Translations under genes and position numbers: made by a program | Assembly (NCBI GenBank): GCA_002794465.1 | Contig: MTSL01000208.1 | Coordinates: forward strand, 65,032 to 97,031 | DNA: 32,000 bases | Origin: Paramicrosporidium saccamoebae KSL3 | Lineage: Eukaryota > Fungi > Cryptomycota | Reading direction: 5' to 3' | In this document: positions 9,781-19,276 of the stretch, piece after piece | Layout of the letters: each line of letters begins with the position of its first letter | Position numbering within the stretch: position 1 is the first letter of the stretch | The notes under the pieces: model-generated | The model's input: the letters and a program-made list of their open reading frames with translations, nothing else | What the model was told of the DNA's origin: nothing | Databases searched by the model: none

Positions 9781-10282
9781 ATGGTAAGTTGCCCTTCCAT
9801 ATTATACCCACGGCCAGACCGTCCATCCATCCCTCTCCTTTCTACGCATGACGGATACTAACCCATAGGGTCGTGTCCGCACTAAGACGGTCAAGAAGGC
9901 CTCCCGCCTCTTCATTGAGAAGTACTACCCGCGTCTCACTCTCGACTTCCAGACGAACAAGCGTCTCCTCACCGAAGTCTCCATCTGCGGTAGCAAGCGT
10001 CTGCGCAACAAGATTGCCGGCTTCACCACCCATTTGATGGGCCGCATCCAGAAGGGACCCGTCCGCGGAATCTCATTCAAGCTGCAGGAGGAGGAGCGCG
10101 AGCGCAAGGATAACTATGTGCCCGCCGAGTCTGCCCTCAAGACCAACTCTGTTGAGATTGACGGTGAGACCCATGCGTTGTTGGAGTCGATGAACTTTGG
10201 CAAGATTGCTGGACTAAAGGTCAGAGAGGAGCGCCCAGAGGCCCCCACTCGTGAGCGTCGCGAGCGTCGTCCCCGCGCCTAA
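9781..10282 (+). CDS. RPS17: 40S ribosomal protein eS17
   Basis: ATG-only exon 9781-9783, 85-nt intron 9784-9868 (GTAAGT...TACTAAC...TAG), exon 9869-10282: [14 protein letters not shown]...[43 protein letters not shown]. Confidence 0.97.
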
Positions 10283-10341
10283 ACGTCACAGATCGTCCTA
10301 AATAAACCTGTTCACTTTCATACACTACCAAGCGCGGAATG

Positions 10342-10686
10342 TCAGAGTTGATATGGTAGAGTTCTGATTAGTACAATATATGCAACGCCCTTCATAGATG
10401 ATGGGTGGTCATTCTCAATACACCGGATCATGAAATAGCAATCGGGGTTGATACTGCCAGCCAGAAGCGGATGCGGTTTAACAGTCCGTACGTAGACAGT
10501 GTAGGTGGTTGGGCCCAGACTTGGAAAAGTTGTCCAAGCATGACCGCATATTAAACCATCACGTACAGCGATGACACCAATGAATCTTGTAAATCACTCA
10601 TTCTAGGTAATACACGTTTCCAAACACTTTACCATGCATAAAGAGATGCCACAATTGGAAAGTATAAAGAACTTATTTTGAATCAT
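10342..10686 (-). other. Possible unannotated small gene (unknown product) or structured RNA
   Basis: Stop-free minus-strand frame 10593-10342 (84 codons) that can be joined to ATG 10635 or 10686 through a 30-nt GT..AAG intron; no family recognised. Confidence 0.3.
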
Positions 10687-10715
10687 GTTCCTCTCCAAGC
10701 CGCCCTCCAATCAGA

Positions 10716-11401
10716 ATGATCAATATGCAGTTTATGCAGTTGTTGCGTGCAGAGATGGCACAATTGGATTTCACAAAGAGCTCTTTCCAGACCAGTCTCT
10801 TCTTCATGTTGTTCAACCCACTCTTCTGGAATATTGCGGCGCGTCTAGAGTACAAATACGATTTGTTGACCAAGCTTGCCGGAGGCCATTCAAAGAAAGC
10901 TTGTTATTCACTGGCTGCCTGTATTTTCTCCCTCGGGCTCTATCGCGACTACTTGTGAGATTGGCTTTCCTTCTGATCTTCTAGGTTCACGCTCGCCGTA
11001 AAGGACCAACCAAACACTGTTCTCATTCACCGCTTAATATCAGCATACTTAGCGCCCGTGTTGATCCTGGTAGGCAACTCTTTTGTGCTCATGTCGACTT
11101 ATCAACTTGGGATCGTGGGAACTTATTTGGGCGACTATTTTGGATTTCTGATGTCTAGCCGCGCCACCGGGTTTCCTTATAACATCAGCGACCATCCAAT
11201 GTATGAGGGGAGCACAATGATTTTCTTGGGATACTCTTTGTGGAATCAAAGTCTGATGGGATTGATTCTGACCATGGCTGTGGCATCTGCGTACACCGTT
11301 GCATCTAAATTTGAAGGGTATAGCACACTAAATGTCGCATAATTTTCTTTAGGCCATTCACAACAATGATTTACACACGGGGCAAACGCAAAACTCAATA
11401 A
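10716..11401 (+). CDS. OPI3: Phospholipid N-methyltransferase (Opi3/PEMT)
   Basis: Exons 10716-10954, 10985-11317, 11353-11401 (introns 30 and 35 nt); FNPLFWNIAARLEY, GTYLGDYFG, GFPYNISDHPMYEGST, FEGPFTTMIY. Start ATG may be a nearby in-frame one. Confidence 0.93.
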
Positions 11402-11632
11402 TATGTTACTATTAATATCAAAGTTTTCACATGATTCATGCGTCGAAACGGATAAAAGTGGACCAGGAGTGCCCATTCGTTGAGTGAAGCTCAGTGTTTG
11501 AGCATCAATCGATTTGAATTAATCGTACTCTAAATCACTGTGCCTATAAAGATGACCGTCGCCGCTGAGCAACCAGCCTCGGCGTCGCTTGCAACAGCCA
11601 AACACTCCGCCCTCGACTTTCTCCTATCCACC

Positions 11633-12232
11633 ATGCAATCTCCATTTACAACTCAGCAACAGCCCGGGATGCAATCCGGCCAGTTTGGTAGCCCGTCCAT
11701 GCAGCAGGTGCAGGGACAGATGACCGGAGGCCTAGAGAGGATGAGAGATTGGCTTCAGAACTGGATCCAGAACACTGCAGACACGCTGCGCGTCTACGTC
11801 AACCAGTACCCGCCCTTGGCTGCCTTCCTGTTCACTCTTTTGGTGTTGTCAGCAGTGCCAGTCTCGGTGTATGTGGTCTTTGCACTGGTCACCTCTGCCA
11901 TCTTCCTGACCATTGCCCTAGTGTCCTTCTCTTTGGTTGAAGGCTTCATCCTCCTGACATCTGGAGGCATCTTGATGGCCATTCTTGGAGGAATTGGCCT
12001 GTTCACCACGATTGGATTCGCCGTCATTTCAAGCATCTATCTTGGATACCGTGGATTTAGTTTTCTGGCATCGAATGTGTGGCAGGCCGGTGGCCAGATT
12101 GGCGGACAGATGAAGGAAGCCGCTCAGCGCATGCAACAGCCGGGAGGATACCAATCCGGCCTGGGTGGATCCTCCGGCCTTGGTGGGATTTCTGGGTCTG
12201 TGGGTGCCTCAGGTGGTGCAACCTCCTCCTAA
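11633..12232 (+). CDS. Promethin/LDAF1 (TMEM159; Ldo45-like) lipid-droplet assembly factor
   Basis: Long hydrophobic hairpin YPPLAAFLFTLLVLSAVPVSVYVVF...VEGFILLTSGG matches the promethin pattern; Q/G-rich ends. ATG 11633 (CCACCATG, downstream of TATAAA at 11545) preferred; ATG 11552 possible. Confidence 0.75.
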   Translation: MQSPFTTQQQPGMQSGQFGSPSMQQVQGQMTGGLERMRDWLQNWIQNTADTLRVYVNQYPPLAAFLFTLLVLSAVPVSVYVVFALVTSAIFLTIALVSFSLVEGFILLTSGGILMAILGGIGLFTTIGFAVISSIYLGYRGFSFLASNVWQAGGQIGGQMKEAAQRMQQPGGYQSGLGGSSGLGGISGSVGASGGATSS

Positions 12233-12599
12233 AGAACCTGCCTAATCTAAATGGACTGTTGTGAATAAATCGCCGCTCTAGCCGGAAATGCTGCATGCGT
12301 ATTGGCTATAATGAATTCAGTAGATGTGTGTTGACCAAATAACCTGCATCAGCAAATTGCAACCACCAAGGATAATATGTGTGCGATTTGGAGTAGAGTT
12401 GCAGTGAGACCATCCTTGATTAATTTTATAGTTTAAAATTGTTCAGTGCCGATTGTCCACCTGAGTTTATGCAATCTAGCCTTTTAGTTAAGAGAGAGGT
12501 AGGAGAAAGCTACGTATACGAGCCAGGGATAAAGGGTCTAATTTACAAGAGGGTAAAATATTTTTGAATTTGAACTGTATTAGACATTGAGAACTCGTT

Positions 12600-12660
12600 G
12601 GATTGGCGGGCGCGCTGAGTCACTTTACACATTGAATGACTCATGCCTGCATATATATAT
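12600..12660 (+). promoter_or_regulatory. Promoter module: CCAAT box, GC-rich box, two AP-1/Gcn4-type sites, TATA-like tract
   Basis: GATTGG 12601, GGCGGGCGCG, TGAGTCA 12616-12622, TGACTCA 12637-12643, ATATATATAT 12651-12660; ATG at 12689. Confidence 0.55.
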
Positions 12661-12688
12661 GGGAATGGAATAAACTGCAAGGCCAGTA

Positions 12689-12964
12689 ATGAAGTATCTT
12701 GTTCTGCTCGGACTGCTATTGGGAATATCTGCTGCTGCTTCCGCTTCTGGCACTCCCAGTCAAGGCTCTGAGGCTACTGATTTGCTATCACAAGCCTCTA
12801 CTTCTAGCGGCTCTAGTGAATCCGGAGAGCAGTTTGATTCAAGTGAGATGCCATCGAATGAAGAGTCATCAGGTGAGGAATTATCGGGTGAAGATCTAAA
12901 GAAGAAGAAAAAAGCGCCTGGTTCGGAAACTAAACCCTTTTGGAGACCCTACAGGATCTTTTAG
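12689..12964 (+). CDS. Small secreted Ser/Glu-rich protein of unknown function, 91 aa
   Basis: Signal peptide MKYLVLLGLLLGISAAASA, S/E-rich body, KKKKK, aromatic-basic tail KPFWRPYRIF; AATAAA at about 12992. Confidence 0.75.
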   Translation: MKYLVLLGLLLGISAAASASGTPSQGSEATDLLSQASTSSGSSESGEQFDSSEMPSNEESSGEELSGEDLKKKKKAPGSETKPFWRPYRIF

Positions 12965-13265
12965 ATGCTTCCTGGCATAAGCAGCATTTATCAATAAACC
13001 GGCATCGTGCTTTTTTTAGGGATCCATCAGTGAGTAGGCTAAGCGATCTGCATCATATCGGATTACAATCGAGTGGAACTATGTGTATTGTCACTCAATC
13101 GCACTAGCCGCATAAAACTTAAAGCCTGCCGCTAGTGTGAGGTGGTATATCACAAGTACGCACCAAGGATAAAGATTCTTTATCACTAGTCTTGTCACTT
13201 TGCGGATAGACTCTCCAGTACATTACATAAATACCGGACCATTCAGTCTACGAATAATTCCTAAA

Positions 13266-14338
13266 ATGCTCATAACGGAAGATTCTGTTCTTAAAAGCGC
13301 AAAGTTTGTCGCTGAACACAGTAAACATGTAAGCATTCGCAATGACTTGCTTGATGCATGCGCCGAAAAGGTATCGAGATGATGAGGCTGTCCGATACTG
13401 TAGCTGTTAGAGGGTATGCATCGACGGAACTATTCCACTTCAACATGGCAAAGCCATCCCTTGAATCCCAAAGAATTGAGCAATGCCACAGTGGATTGGA
13501 TTTTTGTTGTAGACTTGCTGAATTTTTCGTTTTGGAGTGACACTGACGAATCCACATATGCGGTTGAGCTTGCTGGCGTTGAGTATACTGGATACTGGGC
13601 TCTTTGTGCTGCCATCAACAGGGCTATTGAGGAAGGGATACCAATGACAGATCCTTCGTGGTACGCCACTGCAACAATAGAACAGCTTAGCCATGTCTTC
13701 AGATCATCACGAAGCGAATCCGCGATCCCTATGCTGTCAGAGAGGATTAGATTGTTGCAGGAAAGCGGAAGTCTTATGGTGGCCAAGTTTGGTGGGAGCT
13801 TTACAAATGTGATTAGAGCAGCTGAAAATGATGCTGTCGGTCTAGTGAACTTGGTCTGTCTCAACTTTCACTCCTTCATGGACGTTACTACCTTTCATGG
13901 ACACCCAGGTACCATTGCAGTTAATCTGATCTGATAGTGTTCATGCTGAAAAGGGCACAAATATTGGTTGCAGACCTTTGGGCATGCTTTGAGGGAAAAT
14001 CATATGGTAAGTTTAATAATATTGAAAGTATCACAATGTTTGCGGACTATCGTATCCCCCAACAATTGGAGTTTATGGGGTTGCTGGAATTATCCACCGA
14101 GTTCAAAGAGGATTTAGAACAGGGGCGTTTGTTTAATGTCCATGAGGAAAAGGTGGTGGAGCTACGTGGATCCTCAATCTGGGTGGTTGAACTGCTACGC
14201 CAAAAGCTAAAGGGGCTAAACCCAACGACTGCCTTCAATGCCATCCTAATTGACTTTTACCTGTGGGACAGCGTCCAGGAGCACAAAACGGATCTGATGG
14301 CCATACCGATCCATAAAACCCGATCGTGCTTTTACTAA
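13266..14338 (+). CDS. QNG1: Queuosine salvage protein / queuosine-5'-phosphate N-glycosylase (DUF2419, C9orf64)
   Basis: Exons 13266-13370, 13404-13908, 13938-14338 (introns 33 and 29 nt); WIFVVDLLNFSFW, YTGYWALCAAINRA, FMLKRAQILVADLW, ITMFADYRIPQ, IDFYLWD, PIHKTRSCFY. Confidence 0.92.
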
Positions 14339-14458
14339 AGCACAGCGGCTGGGACTTGGTCAATTAGGAATATAACACCAAGAGGACCAACTGTAGGAAT
14401 AAATCTACACTTGACCGTGCCTGTGCTTTGACAGCGCAACTGTGACGCCATACCACGA

Positions 14459-15702
14459 TTAGCTCGTAGCAGCTAGGAGCATAATGTCAAATTCGGCCGT
14501 ATGAAGCAGCGAATTAAACTCTTTCGTCTCCAGTTCGCCATTTTCTGAAATAATTCTCACTGCAGTGAGCTCAAGTGCGGGATTCTCGGGAGTAGATTGC
14601 ATCAAAATGTCGCCAAGACTAGCAACGGGTGCGCCATTGACATGTGTAATTATATCGCCAGGCTGTAAGTCGGCCTCGGAACTGGGCGACTGTAAATGTA
14701 CTTTGGTCACTAGTACTCCGTTTCCCACTGACCTGAGGAGGTGCTTCCTCCGAGGACATGTGACTTGGAAAACAAGCTCAGGGCCCAGAGTGATTCCAGT
14801 AAAGCCTAACCATGGTCGGGACACTCGTCGCTTCTCTTCCAACTCGGTAATCATTCGTTTAACGCTCCTCAGCTGAATTGCAAAACTAATCCCTTCCACC
14901 TCTGCACGTTGTGTCACCATCCCAATCACAGCTCCCTTTGGCGTGAACAATGGACCGCCCGAGCTCCCCGGATTGGTGTGGAGGTCCATCTGAACGTAGC
15001 GGACTCGTGAATCAGGCCGTTTAGCTTCCTCGTTGCTGCGTGAACCGCCCACTACTCCGACGGTAAGAGAGTTTTTTAATCCAAGGGGATTTCCGAGAGC
15101 AGCAACGGGATCTCCAAGTCTCGGAATATCGTTACTGATGATGGCGGGAGGGTATTTGGAGAGATCAATTTGGTCAGTGGTTTGTAAAGGCATTACCAAG
15201 GCTAGATCTGATTCCAAATCAATGGCAAGTAAGGTCCCCCAAATCTTGACTCCGTCATAGAATGTAAGTGAAATCTACAATATCAACGAGAGAGTAACCA
15301 TTATATACATGGCCGCCTTCAAGACTGTCAACGACTACGTGGGCATTGGTCAGGATCAGTCCATTTGAGCGGATGACAAATCCCGTTCCATTTGTACAAA
15401 GAACACTGTCCGCTCCCTTTACCCGTCTCCCACCTAAACTATTAAGAAATTTTGGCAGTGCTACTCATTTCAACACGGATCTGGACAGTGGAAGGGAGTA
15501 CTTTGGGCACTGCGTCAGCAAACCCTTTGGGACTGACGGGCCAGCACAACCACCCCCATGCTCCACCCATCATCAACATCCCCGGTGCGACCGCACTTCT
15601 TAGCGGATATGGCCGTGCTAACAACCCATAAATCCTGACGTTTAGTTGTTCGATTAAGGGGAGCCGGAGGAACCGCAGGATGGGACGAACGAACCGAAGC
15701 AT
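14459..15702 (-). CDS. HTRA2: HtrA2/Omi-like mitochondrial serine protease (presequence, TM, trypsin domain, PDZ)
   Basis: Exons 15702-15465, 15433-15309, 15274-14459 (introns 31 and 34 nt). Arg/Leu-rich N-terminus, TM GMLMMGGAWGWLCW, GTGFVI..LILTNAHVV, SDLAL, VVALGNPLGL-like motif, PGSSGGPL, PDZ RPWLG...DLQPGDIITHVNG. Confidence 0.88.
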
Positions 15703-15766
15703 CTCCCCTCAATTCTCATTGGATGCCCGCGGATGCTTGTTTAAACAGACATTGTCGTCGCCAGAA

Positions 15767-16127
15767 TTAGAGTGTGGTTTTATTTAGGAGGACAGTAGTA
15801 GGACGTGCGTTGAATAGATACTTTCTGCTTATTAATTGCGTGATTTGCATGTGTGACCTGCCGTCGTCATCTTGGCACTGCTCAAGGACGGCCAGAGGTT
15901 TCTTTAATTTCACAAGTTCGCCGGTTAGTTTCTGGTTCCCAATCAAGAAAACGGGCTCGTCTTGCTGCCGACAATGAATATTATAGACAGAAATGTACGT
16001 TAGTAGTGACTAGCTCTCCAAATTCAAGCCCATTCAGCTGTGAGGCACTGGTCTCAATCTTGCCCTGAAACTCGAGCAAAACGGCTTCGTTCTCACATAT
16101 CCGCGTTATAATTTGCACAGCCGGCAT
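15767..16127 (-). CDS. CTF8: Ctf18-RFC subunit Ctf8, 108 aa, not in ORF track
   Basis: Exons 16127-15999 and 15964-15767, 34-nt intron. LLEFQGKIE, LIGNQKLTGELVKLKKPLAVL and RKYLFNARP match Ctf8 motifs. Confidence 0.88.
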
Positions 16128-16436
16128 ATAAGTGTCCTGGTGTATAACTTGCCTACACCAACCGAATTCGACCTACTTGTCGCTGATTGGTTCACTGCCA
16201 GATCGAATAAGGCGCATTAATCATGCGTCCACATTGCCATCTGGTGGATAAGCTTTTGTGTCGTATAACTTGCTTCTCGATCACAAAAGCCTTGTGAGAG
16301 TGTTACAAATCACATCTCTTGAACCAAGCGGGCACCCCTTGTCATTACCGGGATCACCTCTAGCAGGACGCATCTGCGACTAACCTTTGCAAATCATTCC
16401 ACTGATTATCACCAAACCACGCCATACTAACAACAG

Positions 16437-17539
16437 ATGGGCACGGCCTCAAGCAATCCTACCTGCACCCACTGCGGCTCCACCAAATCGCCCCTTTGGC
16501 GTCGTGGTGTCCATTCCGAGATTCTCTGCAACGCCTGCGGTCTCTATTGGAAGCACCACGGAACCTATCGTCCGCTGTCGCTGAAGATGGCTGCTGATAG
16601 AAAAGACACGCCCCGAGCCATATCGCCGCTTGGAGATGCCACCTTGCCGGCAAAGAGGGACAGCAACTTGCGCAGACTAAAGTCGACCCTCGCATCGACA
16701 AACTCAAGCATGGATAGTACAGCACGGAGAAAGGTAAGCGTCTAGTCCGAAAATGTTTAGTTTAGATGGTGCCTATTCGGTGCAAGAGCTCGGCGGGAAA
16801 GATAGCACTCCCCTCATCCTTTTTCCTGCAGACCCAAAATGGGCGATGGCGAGGTGAGCCGGTCTTTGCGCCGGAGCTACCGCCTTCAACAGGCACAGCA
16901 AATGTGCGCCTGGTCCCAGCGGATATTAGGGAATCGGGGGCACTTGATGCGCCAGCTGTGCACTCTGAAATTGACGCTCCTTTGGCTACAAAGGCAGACA
17001 TGATCCCAGCGAAATATATCATGTTCAGAGGCCGTCTATTATTTATCGGGGATCACGTTGCCGTTCGCGGTGACGATGCGCAGATATACTTTGCCATCGT
17101 TCATGACTTTTGGATTGTGCCTACTGGACAAAAGTATGTCAAACTGCAGTGGCTACTCCCAAAGAGCCGATACGCCCTGGAGATTGATGGACCCAAGGAA
17201 AAGCTCGATCCCAACTACTTTACCCTTGGTCCAATGCACGATAGAGCGGAACTGATTGAATCGATCGTTGATGTCTTCTTCTCGCCCCAACAGATCCGCC
17301 AACCACTGGAGGACCCCTCTCCGCCACCTCAGGTTCCTTCATTTGGACAATACACATCCTCTCGGCGCTCCTCTCTCGAGTCTCCCCTGGAGCCGCTGCT
17401 GGTAGAGCGACGAATAGCATCAGATTCGGAACTGGATTATGGCAAGGCCGGATTAGAGATGGAAAGAGGAAAAAAGTCGGCACCCGTGAATATCTTAGAT
17501 GACGTGGAGATGGCCCATCTATTGTGTAGTATGTCTTGA
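16437..17539 (+). CDS. GATAD1: GATA zinc finger + BAH-like domain protein, GATAD1-like
   Basis: Exons 16437-16733 and 16766-17539, 32-nt intron. CTHCGSTKSPLWRRG..LCNACGLY finger; C-terminal RGRLLFIGDHVAV..YFAIV..LQWLLP..DPNYFTLGP resembles the GATAD1 C-domain. A further upstream exon is possible (TACTAAC-AACAG abuts the ATG). Confidence 0.78.
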
Positions 17540-17639
17540 AAGTAGTAAACATATATGGTTATTTATGTACCTAAATTGGAGTAGTCAATTTTTTCACGGC
17601 ACAAAAAGTCATAGGGATAAACGGACCCCCGCTTGAGAC

Positions 17640-17712
17640 GCCCGGATAGCTCAGTCGGTAGAGCGTGAGGCTTTTAACCTTAAGGCCGTGGGTTCGAGCC
17701 CCACTTCGGGCG
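17640..17712 (+). tRNA. tRNA-Lys(UUU), intronless
   Basis: Cloverleaf: acceptor GCCCGGA/TTCGGGC, D arm GCTC/GAGC, anticodon arm TGAGG-CTTTTAA-CCTTA, T arm GTGGG-TTCGAGC-CCCAC; T6 Pol III terminator at 17718-17723. Confidence 0.97.
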
Positions 17713-18004
17713 GCTGCTTTTTTGTTGGAATTGATAGCAAAAAAGAGAATACGCACTAGCAGTGCGCGCGAATGGCGCGAAAACTGTGGGATCGTGCGTC
17801 AAAGCTGCTTTAGTGTAAAAGTAAAGTTACATTATTTCCATGTTTGTACCAGGATCCGATCTACATGGCTTTTATCCAAATTTAAACATGACGCAGTAAA
17901 TTGATTAGCTAGCTGGGTGATACGTGGTGAATCAAAAATGGAAAAAAGAGTTGGGAACAGGAAACGATTGACGCTCTACCCATGTCTTGGCATTTTTCCC
18001 ACTG

Positions 18005-18040
18005 CACTACACTACATTACACGACACGACACGGCACAAC
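18005..18040. repeat. Degenerate pentamer microsatellite (ACACT/ACACG)
   Basis: cactacactacattacacgacacgacacggcacaac upstream of PRMT1. Confidence 0.55.
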
Positions 18041-18119
18041 TTTCCTCCCGCTCTTACTCCCACCGTACAAAATGAGAATTCTTGTTATTTAAAACATATG
18101 ACGCCATCTTCTCTTGTAA

Positions 18120-19239
<1,120 letters not shown>

Positions 19240-19276
19240 TTATAGAAATTCGTGCATTAAAACGTCTTTATAGAAT

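Noticed and set aside
10342-10640. By-eye resemblance of the orphan frame (LETF.G, VKPHPLLAGS) to TEN1-type OB folds
   Set aside because: Only a few residues match, a core strand is missing, and the N-terminal model is uncertain; needs HMM-HMM evidence.
15490-15510. AVPK in HtrA2 as an IAP-binding (AVPx) motif
   Set aside because: It falls inside the conserved first helix of the protease domain (ADxVxKVxPxxV), not at a processing site after the TM segment.
17864-17880. TGGCTTTTATCCA resembling U5 snRNA loop I
   Set aside because: Two mismatches to the invariant loop, no enclosing long stem and no Sm site on that strand. No U1, U2, U4 or U6 signature was seen anywhere in the window.
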